DNA of 32,000 nucleotides. Origin: Kiritimatiella glycovorans. GTDB taxonomy: Bacteria > Verrucomicrobiota > Kiritimatiellia > Kiritimatiellales > Kiritimatiellaceae. The position numbers and the translations under genes are program-made. The stretch lies in NCBI RefSeq assembly GCF_001017655.1, contig NZ_CP010904.1, forward strand, positions 240,001 through 272,000, given 5' to 3'. A model generated the notes under the pieces. It was not told the DNA's origin and made no database searches. It saw nothing but the letters and a program-made list of their open reading frames with translations. Of this stretch, positions 1 to 8,463 are shown in pieces; position 1 is the first letter of the stretch, and each line of letters opens with the position of its first letter.

Positions 1-243
1 GTGAAACGGCCGGTGACCGTTTACGTGGGATTCGACCGGAGATGTACCGATCTTCCCGACTGGCTGGAGGGCTGGTCCCGGCCGGAGATGTCGGAGCCGC
101 TCGATGCCGGGGGACTTCCCATCGCCCTGTACGCGAAGCGGTTCGACCCCGGTGCCGTGGTGCTGGGCGGACCCGCCGCCCCGGGTGTCGAAGCGATGTA
201 TACGGTGGTCCTGAAGTACGCGGACGAAAACGGGGCCGAATAA
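1..243 (+). CDS. 3' end of an unidentified protein-coding gene that runs off the left edge
   Basis: The frame is open from base 1 to TAA at 241-243, with GC3-rich codon usage like its neighbours. The 80 visible residues contain no motif I recognise. Confidence 0.35.
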   Translation: MKRPVTVYVGFDRRCTDLPDWLEGWSRPEMSEPLDAGGLPIALYAKRFDPGAVVLGGPAAPGVEAMYTVVLKYADENGAE

Positions 244-282
244 AACCAATTGAGTAAACCGCCATCGAAAGGAGCAGTTAAC

Positions 283-1467
283 GTGGATAAGAAAACCGTG
301 CGGAGCGGAATTGCGGGACTGGGTTTTTCGGGCTCATTTCACTACGAGAATATCCGGCGCGTGTACGGAACCGGGGTGGATTTTCGCGGCGTGTACGACC
401 GTGACGCGGAAAAATGCGCGGCATGGGCCGGGGAACGCGGCGTGCACGCCTATGATTCACTCGAAGCGATGCTCGACGACGTCGATGTCGTCCACGTCTG
501 TACCGTGGCCAGCTCGCACGAGGCGGTCGCCCTGGCCGCCCTCGCACGCGGGGTGAGTCCTATCGTGGAAAAACCGCTGACCGGCTATTTCGGCGACGGG
601 AGCGGAAACTTCAACGGCGAGACCGCATCGAAAGAGACCGCCCTCAGGGAGGCCATGGCCAGCGTACAGCGGATGCGCGAGGCGGAGCAGGCGAGCGAGG
701 GCCGCATCCTTTACGCCGAGAACTGGGTCTACGCCCCCTCGATCCAGAAAGAGCGCGAGGTCATCGAAAAGACCGGCGCGCAGTGCCTGTGGATTTACGG
801 CGAAGAGGCCCATTCCGGATCGCACGCCGACACCTACGGGTTCTGGAAGCACTCCGGAGGCGGGGTCACCATCAGCAAGGGGTGTCATCCGCTCACCGCC
901 GCCCTCTACCTCAAGCGCAAGGAGGGCCTGGCCCGGGACGGCCGGCCCATCCGGCCTGCGGCGGTGACCTCGCGCACCCATGCCATCACCCGCCTGCCGG
1001 GATACCGCGACGAGGGGCACCTGCGGACCGGGTATCATGATATCGACGATTTCTCCATGGTGCACATCGTGTTCGACGACGGCACGGTCGCGGACATCTT
1101 CTCGTCCGATATCATCATGGGCGGGATTCACAACTGGCTGGAGGTCGCGGCCAACAACCACCGCACCATGTGCAACATCAATCCGAATACGGCCATGGAG
1201 ACGTACAATCCGGTCGAATCCAACTTCAACGATATCTACGTCGTCGAAAAGACCGGCACCAAGCAGGGGTGGAGCAATCCCTCGCCGGATGAGGACTGGT
1301 TCACCGGTTATCCGCAGGAGATCGAGGCCTTTTACCGCGCCGCGGCCGCCGGGGAGGCGCCCGAGTCCGGCATCGAGCTGGGGGCGGACGCGATCGCCAC
1401 CATCTACACGGCCTACGTGTCGGATGAGCGCGGCGGCGCCGAAGTGGCCGTGGAGCGGTCGTCATGA
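283..1467 (+). CDS. Gfo/Idh/MocA family NAD(P)-dependent sugar oxidoreductase
   Basis: N-terminal Rossmann-type GIAGLGFSG motif and the conserved EKP motif (PIVEKPL), with a long alpha/beta C-terminal domain. GGAG at 271-274 lies 8 nt before GTG 283, whereas the track's TTG at 250 has no RBS. The stop overlaps the next start (ATGA at 1464-1467). Confidence 0.85.
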   Translation: MDKKTVRSGIAGLGFSGSFHYENIRRVYGTGVDFRGVYDRDAEKCAAWAGERGVHAYDSLEAMLDDVDVVHVCTVASSHEAVALAALARGVSPIVEKPLTGYFGDGSGNFNGETASKETALREAMASVQRMREAEQASEGRILYAENWVYAPSIQKEREVIEKTGAQCLWIYGEEAHSGSHADTYGFWKHSGGGVTISKGCHPLTAALYLKRKEGLARDGRPIRPAAVTSRTHAITRLPGYRDEGHLRTGYHDIDDFSMVHIVFDDGTVADIFSSDIIMGGIHNWLEVAANNHRTMCNINPNTAMETYNPVESNFNDIYVVEKTGTKQGWSNPSPDEDWFTGYPQEIEAFYRAAAAGEAPESGIELGADAIATIYTAYVSDERGGAEVAVERSS

Positions 1468-2165
1468 AGCCCGGAAGAATCGGTCGGACGGTCTTGATCC
1501 TCGCGCTGAGCGCCTCCTGCGCCGCCGCGGACGGGTGGAAGGGCGGTACAGAAGTCCCGGTGGTGACGGGGCCGGGGTGGGATGCGCTGTTCAACGGCGA
1601 GGATCTCACCGGCTGGGAGCGGGTCAACGGAACGGCCTCGTACCGCGTCGAGGACGGGGCCATCGTGGGGGTCTGCGATCCGGAGGCGTCCGCCAACACC
1701 TTTCTGCGCACTCGGGATGCGTACCGCGACTTCATCTTCACCTGCGAGGTGCGCATGGAGGTGCCGGGCAACTCGGGTATCCAGTTCCGCTCGCAGCAGC
1801 GCGACGGCGACGGGCGGGTGTACGGGTATCAGTACGAACTCGACCCCTCGCCGCGCCGGTGGTCGGCCGGCATCTACGGCGAGGCCTGGCGCGGCTGGAT
1901 GGTGAATCTCAAGGAGCGGCCGGAGGCGCAGGCGGCCTTTCGTCCGGACCACTGGAACCGGGTGGTGATCCACGCACGCGGAGATCACCTGCGCACCTGG
2001 ATGAACGGCGTCCCGTGTGCGGAACTGTTCGACGACGGGTTGCGCGAGGGATTCTTCGCCCTGCAGGTTCATGTGGGGAAGCGTGGAACGATTCTCTGGC
2101 GCGATCTGCGGGTGAAGGTGCTCAACGGCGAAGACGAGGTCCCGGCCGCGAAGCCCGGGTCTTAA
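1464..2165 (+). CDS. Secreted DUF1080 / 3-keto-disaccharide hydrolase family protein
   Basis: N-terminal signal peptide with a possible lipobox (LILALSASCAA). Family-typical motifs are present: LFNGEDLTGW, GNSGIQFRS, YGYQYELD, WNRVVIHARGDHLRTWMNG and FFALQVH. It is translationally coupled to the upstream oxidoreductase. Confidence 0.8.
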   Translation: MKPGRIGRTVLILALSASCAAADGWKGGTEVPVVTGPGWDALFNGEDLTGWERVNGTASYRVEDGAIVGVCDPEASANTFLRTRDAYRDFIFTCEVRMEVPGNSGIQFRSQQRDGDGRVYGYQYELDPSPRRWSAGIYGEAWRGWMVNLKERPEAQAAFRPDHWNRVVIHARGDHLRTWMNGVPCAELFDDGLREGFFALQVHVGKRGTILWRDLRVKVLNGEDEVPAAKPGS

Positions 2166-2189
2166 GCTTACCATCCGGAGGAGGGAGCC

Positions 2190-3986
2190 ATGAGTTCGGC
2201 GGATAAAGGTAGTTCGCGGGTCGAACACGAACGTCGTGTTCTGCGGGAGGCCGCCGGCAGAGGGCGGATCGCAACCTTCGGGGCCTGGCTTAAGCTTTCC
2301 GGCCCGGGCTGGCTGCAGAGCGCGATCACCATCGGGGGCGGGTCGCTCTCCAACTCGCTCTACCTCGGGGTGCTGGTCGGTTTCGCCTTCCTATGGGTGC
2401 AGCCGGTGGCGATGATCCTCGGGGTGGCGATGCTGGCGGCGATCTCCTACGTCGCGCTCTCCACGGGCGAACGGCCGCTGAAGGCGATCAATGAGCACGT
2501 GAGCCCCGTACTGGGCTGGAGCTGGGTGCTCGCCTCGATCGCGGCCAACATGGTGTGGTCGATGCCGCAGTACGCGCTGGCCGCCGGCGCGCTGCAGCAG
2601 AACCTGTTTCCCGGCTTTTTCGGGCCGGGGTTCGGCGGGACGCTCGGCGCCGCACTCATCGTCATGGCCGTCGCGATAGGTAACGTGATGCTCTACAACC
2701 ACGGCGGGGCCGGGGTGAAGATCTTCGAGACCATCATCAAACTGCTCATCGGCTCGATCGTACTCTGTTTTGTCGGCGTCGTTTTTAAACTTTTTCTGGG
2801 CGGAGCGGTGACGTGGCCGGCGGTGGGCGCCGGTCTCATTCCCGACTTCAGCCTCCTGTTCGAGCCGAGCGACCGGCTGGCGGCGTTAATCGAAAGGGTG
2901 GACCCGGCCGTTCGGGCGTTCTGGAGCGAGTTCACGGTGGCCAAGCAGCGCGACACCATGACCGGCGCCGCCGCGACCGCCGTAGGCATCAATATGACGT
3001 TTCTCCTGCCGTATTCGATGCTCCGCAAGGGCTGGAACCATGAGTTCCGCCACCTGGCGGTGTTCGACCTCGCAACGGGGCTGGTGATCCCTTTCGCCCT
3101 CGCCACCGGTTGCATCGTCATCGCTTCGGCCAGCCAGTTTCACGGCGAAACGGAACGGGGCCTGGTTGAAGGGGTCGACGTCGAGCGCTATGTGGAAAGT
3201 CCGGCCTACCAGCGACTGGCCGGGCGTTACTGGACACTGCTGGATCGACGGATTCAGTGGGAGGCGGGCGAGTCGGCGACAGCCGGGCTTCAGGCGGCGC
3301 GTGCCGAGCTGGTCGATCTCACGCGGGCCCGTGAACGGGGCGAGGCCGGAGCCGCGGCGGTCGGCTCCGCACTCGACCGGGTCAACGGTCTCTACGCGGG
3401 ACGCCTGGAGCGCGCGGACCGGGTCTACGCGGCGACCATCGTCGACCGCGATTCGTTCAACCTGGCCGAGGCCCTCGCCCCCCTGCTCGGCGAAGGCCCC
3501 TCCAAGGTGATCTTCGGATTCGGAATCGTGGCCATGGCCCTCAATGCCGCGACGATGCTCATGCTGATCAACGGGCTGTGCCTGTGCGAGCTGCTCGGAC
3601 GGCCTGCCCGCGGGAAGACACAGCTCGCGGGCAGTCTGATGCCCGCGCTCGCCGTGCTGGTTCTGCTTCGCTGGAGGGGGGCGATGATGTGGCTGGCCGT
3701 GCCGACGTCGGTCTTCTGCGCGACGCTGCTGCCCATCGCCTATCTCGCCTTTCTCCTGCTGATCAACCAGCGGCGGCTGATGGGCGACCGGATGCCGACC
3801 GATCCCGCGCGGGCGATCTGGAACGTGCTGATGGCGGCGGCCGTGCTGGCCTCCGGGGCGCTCAGCGTGTTTAACCTGAACGGGAAACTCGGGGCGCCGT
3901 GGGGCTATATCATTTTCGCCGTGTTCGGCCTGCTCATCCTGGTCGTCGGCCGCCCGCATCTCAAGCGCGCCCGGGACGCGGAGTGA
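2190..3986 (+). CDS. NRAMP-superfamily-like membrane transporter, atypical (canonical metal-binding motifs absent, large hydrophilic insert)
   Basis: Strong RBS (GGAGGAGGGAG) upstream of the ATG and many long hydrophobic segments. The N-terminal GPGWLQSAITIGGGSL aligns with the NRAMP GPGFLxSxxxxDPGN signature, but DPGN is replaced by GGGS. There is an Ala/Arg/Glu-rich hydrophilic insert of about 120 aa at roughly nt 3136-3500. Confidence 0.65.
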   Translation: MSSADKGSSRVEHERRVLREAAGRGRIATFGAWLKLSGPGWLQSAITIGGGSLSNSLYLGVLVGFAFLWVQPVAMILGVAMLAAISYVALSTGERPLKAINEHVSPVLGWSWVLASIAANMVWSMPQYALAAGALQQNLFPGFFGPGFGGTLGAALIVMAVAIGNVMLYNHGGAGVKIFETIIKLLIGSIVLCFVGVVFKLFLGGAVTWPAVGAGLIPDFSLLFEPSDRLAALIERVDPAVRAFWSEFTVAKQRDTMTGAAATAVGINMTFLLPYSMLRKGWNHEFRHLAVFDLATGLVIPFALATGCIVIASASQFHGETERGLVEGVDVERYVESPAYQRLAGRYWTLLDRRIQWEAGESATAGLQAARAELVDLTRARERGEAGAAAVGSALDRVNGLYAGRLERADRVYAATIVDRDSFNLAEALAPLLGEGPSKVIFGFGIVAMALNAATMLMLINGLCLCELLGRPARGKTQLAGSLMPALAVLVLLRWRGAMMWLAVPTSVFCATLLPIAYLAFLLLINQRRLMGDRMPTDPARAIWNVLMAAAVLASGALSVFNLNGKLGAPWGYIIFAVFGLLILVVGRPHLKRARDAE

Positions 3987-4011
3987 TCTGCGTTTTAAGG
4001 GAGATCGCGGA

Positions 4012-5211
4012 ATGACGGTCCGGAACAAACCGGCGACGCGCCGCGTGGCCCTGCTGATGGAGGCGGGCCGGCACTACGAGCGCGGGATCATGCGCGGCAT
4101 CGCCGCCTACGCGGGGCTGCACGAGCGGTGGCAGTTCATTCGCCGCATCCCCTACGTGTCGGGCGGCGGCGCGATCGCACTCGAACACCTCCGCCACTGG
4201 AAGCCCGACGGCATGGTGGTGCGGGAGGGCGCGGAGGCCGGGCCGCTGCTCGATATGGGCGTTCCCGCCGTGTTCTCACCCTACAGCGACCCCGTCGAAG
4301 GCGTGTCCAATATCCTCGTCGACGATGCCGCCGTGGGCCGCAGGGCCGCGGAGCATCTGCTGCAATGCGGACCGCGGCACTTCGCCTTCTGCGGGATGGA
4401 CGAACTCTTCTTCTTCTCCCGCCGCCGCCGGGACGGGTTTCGCGCAGCCCTCGAAGAAGCCGGATACCCGTGCGCCGTGTACGCGCCCCCCGCACCGGGC
4501 GAACATCTCGACTGGAGCCGCGATCTGCCGGCGCTGAGCGACTGGCTGCGCGCGCAGCCGACGCCCTGCGGGGTGCTGGCGTGCAACGACGACTTCGCGC
4601 TGTTCGTCCTCGAGGCCGTCAAGACCGTCGGACGGTCCGTGCCCGACGAATTCGCGGTGCTGGGCGTGGGAAACGATGCGGCGGTGTGCGAACTCACGAT
4701 GACCCCCCTGTCCAGCGTCACACTGAACACCGAAGGCGGAGGGTACGAGGCGGCCAAACATCTCGACCTGCTCATGCGCGGGCGGCGGCGCAGCCCTCGA
4801 TCGATCGTGATTGCTCCGGGAGAGGTCTTGGCGCGACGGTCGACGGACCGTCTCGACTACGAGGATGAAGTGGTCGCCCACGCGGTGCGCTATATCCACG
4901 ATCATGCGTACCGCCCCCTGCATGTCGACGAGGTGGTCCGCGCCGTGCCCCTGTCGCGGCGCGCTCTGTACACACGGTTTCAGCGACTGACCGGACGCAC
5001 GATCTACGCCTGTATTCGCGAGGTGCGCATGGACCGGTTCGCGAAGTACCTGCTGGAGTCGGATCTGACGATCGCCGAGATCGCCGCCGCCCTCGAGTTT
5101 CCGGAGGACAGCAACGTCGCGCGCATGTTCAAGAACTGCAAGGGCATGACCCCGCGTGCCTACCGTCGACGCTACCGGCGCCCGCGCGCGGGCAGCGCAC
5201 CGGGGAGCTGA
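4012..5211 (+). CDS. XylR-type transcriptional regulator (periplasmic-binding-protein-like sugar sensor domain fused to AraC-family HTH)
   Basis: The N-terminal RRVALLMEAGRHYERGIMRGIAAYA is typical of XylR/LacI-like sensor domains. The C-terminal AraC HTH reads LTIAEIAAALEFPEDSNVARMFKNCKGMTPRAYRRRY. AAGGGAG lies 8 nt upstream of the ATG. Confidence 0.85.
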   Translation: MTVRNKPATRRVALLMEAGRHYERGIMRGIAAYAGLHERWQFIRRIPYVSGGGAIALEHLRHWKPDGMVVREGAEAGPLLDMGVPAVFSPYSDPVEGVSNILVDDAAVGRRAAEHLLQCGPRHFAFCGMDELFFFSRRRRDGFRAALEEAGYPCAVYAPPAPGEHLDWSRDLPALSDWLRAQPTPCGVLACNDDFALFVLEAVKTVGRSVPDEFAVLGVGNDAAVCELTMTPLSSVTLNTEGGGYEAAKHLDLLMRGRRRSPRSIVIAPGEVLARRSTDRLDYEDEVVAHAVRYIHDHAYRPLHVDEVVRAVPLSRRALYTRFQRLTGRTIYACIREVRMDRFAKYLLESDLTIAEIAAALEFPEDSNVARMFKNCKGMTPRAYRRRYRRPRAGSAPGS

Positions 5212-6005
5212 GTCCATTCGGTGATGACGAGATCCGGCCGCAGCCCGCGGCAGTCCGGATCGTCCCCGCGCAGCCGCAGCGAACGGCGGTCGCCGGCGAA
5301 CAGCGCGGTCCGGCATCCGGACCGCGCGGCGGTGAGGACGTCGTTGCGCATGTCGTTGCCGACATAGAGGGTCTGCTGCGGTTCGATGCCGCGTTCCGCC
5401 AGCCGGGTCAGGACGTCGCGGAACATGCGCAGCGAGGGCTTGGCCTCGCCGATCTTCCACGACCAGGCGCAGAGTCCGGGATCGAACCCCGCCTCGCGCG
5501 GCGATGCGCCCCAGAGCGCGGCGAAGAGGATCGGCGTGTAGAACTGCGCGTTCGACACGATCCCCAGCGGGTACCCCGCCGTCCGCAGGGTGTCGACGAC
5601 GCTTTTCGCGCCGGGCATCGGCCAGGCGGGATTGACGCGGCATTCGTATTCGACGACCGCTCGTTCGACGTTCGCGCAGTCCCGGTCCGGGGTCGACCAC
5701 AGCTCGCGGATATCGACCTCGGGATGGGCGACGCCCCGTGCGCGGGCCTCCCGGTGGGCCCGTCGTATCCGTTCCCGCAATTCGTCGCGATCGACGGCCG
5801 CCGCGCTCCCGACCTCGCCCGCCCCGGAGATGAACAGCGTGCCGTAGACGTCGAACAACACCGCGCGGATGTCGTCGAGCGGATCGAGGCGCGGCTCCAT
5901 CCCCGTCGGTTCGGGGGCCATCGGTTTCGACTGATCGCGCACCATCGCGATCAGATCGCGACGGCATCCCCCTTCTTCTTCCTGTCTTTGCGTGTTTGCG
6001 GCCAT
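5172..6005 (-). CDS. HAD-superfamily hydrolase, subfamily IA-like (motif I is DVYGT rather than DxDxT)
   Basis: HAD motifs are present: I FDVYGTLF, II IVSN, III GEAKP, IV GNDMRNDV. The start is placed at ATG 6005, preceded by GGGAG and 20 nt downstream of the preceding gene's stop. The longer track ORF reaching 6569 overlaps the glycosyltransferase and is Arg/Pro-rich junk. Confidence 0.75.
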   Translation of the reverse strand: MAANTQRQEEEGGCRRDLIAMVRDQSKPMAPEPTGMEPRLDPLDDIRAVLFDVYGTLFISGAGEVGSAAAVDRDELRERIRRAHREARARGVAHPEVDIRELWSTPDRDCANVERAVVEYECRVNPAWPMPGAKSVVDTLRTAGYPLGIVSNAQFYTPILFAALWGASPREAGFDPGLCAWSWKIGEAKPSLRMFRDVLTRLAERGIEPQQTLYVGNDMRNDVLTAARSGCRTALFAGDRRSLRLRGDDPDCRGLRPDLVITEWTQLPGALPARGRR

Positions 6006-6025
6006 GACGATCGGCTCCCGGTCTC

Positions 6026-7489
6026 TCAGGTCCTCAGCAGCGTAAACCGTTTCGGCGCGAGAAAGGCGTCGATCAGCCGGGCCGGGTCGGCGGCATGGTC
6101 CGGTGCGGCGGCCGCCGATCCCGCCGTGGCGCGGTAGAGTTCGAGCAGCCGTGCCGCGAAACGGTCCGGGGCGTATTCGCGCTGCACGATGCCGCGGTTG
6201 TGCGTGATGACGTCGGCGGCGGGGAACGCGTCCGGAATGTCCAGTTCCCTGCGTGCCCCCGGATCTTCGCTCAGGCGGTCGAGGACAACGCGCTGGAGGT
6301 CCTCGTCGAGCACGCCGAAGTCGATCGGTCCCTCGGACCGCGCGATTTCCAGCACGCGTCCGGCGTGCTCCTCCCGGAAAGGCAGGCCATAAGACTCGCG
6401 CGTGGCGCGGAGGGTCTGCCCGATCCGGCGTCGCAGCTCCGCGGAGTCGATCCATTCCGCGGGTACGGCGAGACGGTCGTAGAGCGCGGAGAGGTCGATC
6501 CCGCACGCCTTGAAATCGGCGGTGATCTCCGGCAGGTCGCGACCGGTCAGCGGTTTGCCGGCGAGCCACGGTTCGAGGAAGGCGAGGCCGAATCCCTCGG
6601 CGACGCTGGTGGTGGCCAGCGCCGCGGCCCGTTCGATCAGGGCGGGGAAGTCCTCCCCGCCGGGGCCGGCGGCCTCGAATTCGAGAGGGAGGCCGCGGTC
6701 GGCCGCGTAGCGGACCCAGTCCTCGTATACGGGCCGGGCACGCGGGTTGCGCGGGGCCAGTGTGATCGCGAAGCGCCGTTCCGGCCTCAGAAGGGACCAG
6801 AGCAGAAATTCCCCGATATTCTTGCGTCGGATGGCGCGTACGGGATAGACGACCGTCGCCGGGCGGTCGTCGGCCCCGCGAGACGCGCCTTCCGCGCCGC
6901 TCGAGGACGCCGGGGTGCGGACGGGATTGGGGAGGAGGTGGAGGCGTGCAGGGTCGAGTCCGGCCGCGGCGAGCAGGTTCCGGTCGCGGTTGTTGAGCAG
7001 GGCGTAGTGGACGTGGGGGGCATCGGGATAGAGCGTGCGTCGGAGCGCATCGACGCCGAGCGCGCGGGAGAGCCGCCGGTAGTCGGCGGGCCGTCCGTCC
7101 TCCGCGAAATCATGGATCTGGAGCAGCAGCCGCTCGCCGCGCCGGGCCAGTTCCGCGACTGCGCGGGTCAGGGCCGGGGACTTGCCGAGTGAGTGGTTGT
7201 GGATGTGCCAGAGGTCCGGGGCGGCGCCCAGGGCGTCCTGTGCGGCGGCGCGCAGGCGGTCGGCGAGCCCCGGTTGCGGCGCGGAGGCGTCCTCCGCGCT
7301 GTAGGCCAGTTCGGGGATGACCGTGCAGCGGGCGGCGAGCGGATCGTGTTCCGGCGGTGGTTCGCCCAGAAGGACGGTGAGTTCCGCCTCCGCGGAGAGA
7401 ACCTCCATCGTCTGCCGGATCACGCGGCTCACGCCGCCGGGGCGGGCGTGGTAGTGCACGACTGCGATGCGCGGGCCGTCGGGGCTCAT
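6026..7489 (-). CDS. GT-B fold, GT4-like glycosyltransferase
   Basis: The C-terminal E-x7-E motif (SVAEGFGLAFLEPWLAGKP) is typical of retaining GT4 enzymes. The N-terminal IAVVHYHARPGGVSRV resembles a GT-B N-domain. The start overlaps the gpgS stop (ATGA at 7486-7489). Confidence 0.7.
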   Translation of the reverse strand: MSPDGPRIAVVHYHARPGGVSRVIRQTMEVLSAEAELTVLLGEPPPEHDPLAARCTVIPELAYSAEDASAPQPGLADRLRAAAQDALGAAPDLWHIHNHSLGKSPALTRAVAELARRGERLLLQIHDFAEDGRPADYRRLSRALGVDALRRTLYPDAPHVHYALLNNRDRNLLAAAGLDPARLHLLPNPVRTPASSSGAEGASRGADDRPATVVYPVRAIRRKNIGEFLLWSLLRPERRFAITLAPRNPRARPVYEDWVRYAADRGLPLEFEAAGPGGEDFPALIERAAALATTSVAEGFGLAFLEPWLAGKPLTGRDLPEITADFKACGIDLSALYDRLAVPAEWIDSAELRRRIGQTLRATRESYGLPFREEHAGRVLEIARSEGPIDFGVLDEDLQRVVLDRLSEDPGARRELDIPDAFPAADVITHNRGIVQREYAPDRFAARLLELYRATAGSAAAAPDHAADPARLIDAFLAPKRFTLLRT

Positions 7490-8463
7490 TCCTCTCGTCC
7501 GAATTTTTCGCGGTATTCCGGCAGCCCGATCATCGGGGGGCGCTCCTCGGAGGCGATCGTGTGTTCGATCTGCTCATAGGTCTGCTCGCGCGCCTGGAAC
7601 TGGCGCAGCACGGGGCCCAGTTCCGGGAGCCCGTGCAGGATGCCGAGCGATTCCATGCGCGAGAGGAACGTGCGCAGGATGCCGAAGGACATCTTGCCCA
7701 GGTCGCGGGTGGACTGGTTGCGGTGGACGCGCTGGTCCAGGTCGGTCTGGGCGAGGGCCTCCATGCCCCACGTGCAGTAGACGTCGATCAGGTGCGACGT
7801 CTCCACCCCGTAGCCGATCGGGAAGGGAATGTGCTCCAGCACGGACCGGCGCACGGCGTACTCGCCGGAGAGCGGCTGGAGGAGGGCGGTCAGCTCCGGA
7901 AAGAACAGCGAGAAGAGCGGGCGGACGAGGATCTCCGTCACGCGGCCGCCGCCCGAGGAGCGGACGCCGGGGGACACGGCGAGCGGGCGGTCGTAGAACG
8001 CCTTCACATAGTGGATCTCGGGACGATAGATCAGCGGGCCGATGATGCCGTAGCCGAAGCGGGGGTGGATGTTGCGGATATCCGCGTCGACGTAGACGAT
8101 GATGTCTCCGGAGAGCTGGTAGACCGCCTTCCAGAGGTTTTCGCCCTTGCCCTTCTTCTCGCCGTAGTCCGCGAGGATATCGCGCGAGAGATAGACGTCC
8201 GCGCCGAACTCCGATGCGATCCGGCGCGTGTCGTCCGACGACCCCGAATCGATGACCGCGATCTCGTCGATCAGCGGGTAGCGGTCCATCAGTTCCGACT
8301 TGAACAGGACGATCTCCTTGCCGATCGTCTTTTCCTCGTTGAGCGTGGGCAGACAGAGCGATATGCGAAGGTCTTGCCGTTCCTTCTCCTCGACCATCCG
8401 GCAGAGGTCCCAGAACTGCGCGTGATGGAACGTGTTCTTTTCGATCCACTCATTCGGCGTCAT
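7486..8463 (-). CDS. gpgS: Glucosyl-3-phosphoglycerate synthase (GT81 family; mannosyl-3-PG synthase activity cannot be excluded)
   Basis: Extended similarity to my recollection of mycobacterial GpgS: LPTLNEE, IDSGSSDDT, GKGENLWKA, DADI, GGGRVTEILVRPL, LQPLSGEYA, GYGVE, HRNQ. Confidence 0.85.
   Translation of the reverse strand: MTPNEWIEKNTFHHAQFWDLCRMVEEKERQDLRISLCLPTLNEEKTIGKEIVLFKSELMDRYPLIDEIAVIDSGSSDDTRRIASEFGADVYLSRDILADYGEKKGKGENLWKAVYQLSGDIIVYVDADIRNIHPRFGYGIIGPLIYRPEIHYVKAFYDRPLAVSPGVRSSGGGRVTEILVRPLFSLFFPELTALLQPLSGEYAVRRSVLEHIPFPIGYGVETSHLIDVYCTWGMEALAQTDLDQRVHRNQSTRDLGKMSFGILRTFLSRMESLGILHGLPELGPVLRQFQAREQTYEQIEHTIASEERPPMIGLPEYREKFGREE

Noticed and set aside
4276-5967. 563-aa minus-strand ORF spanning the XylR-type regulator and the HAD gene
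   Set aside because: It is an Arg/Pro/Gly/Ala-rich translation with no motifs. It runs antisense to a well-supported regulator and out of frame with the HAD gene. This is a typical high-GC shadow ORF.
6006-6569. N-terminal extension of the HAD ORF (track start 6569)
   Set aside because: The extension overlaps the 3' part of the glycosyltransferase in another frame and is Arg/Pro-rich. ATG 6005, with GGGAG upstream and a proper HAD motif I about 50 residues in, is the sensible start.
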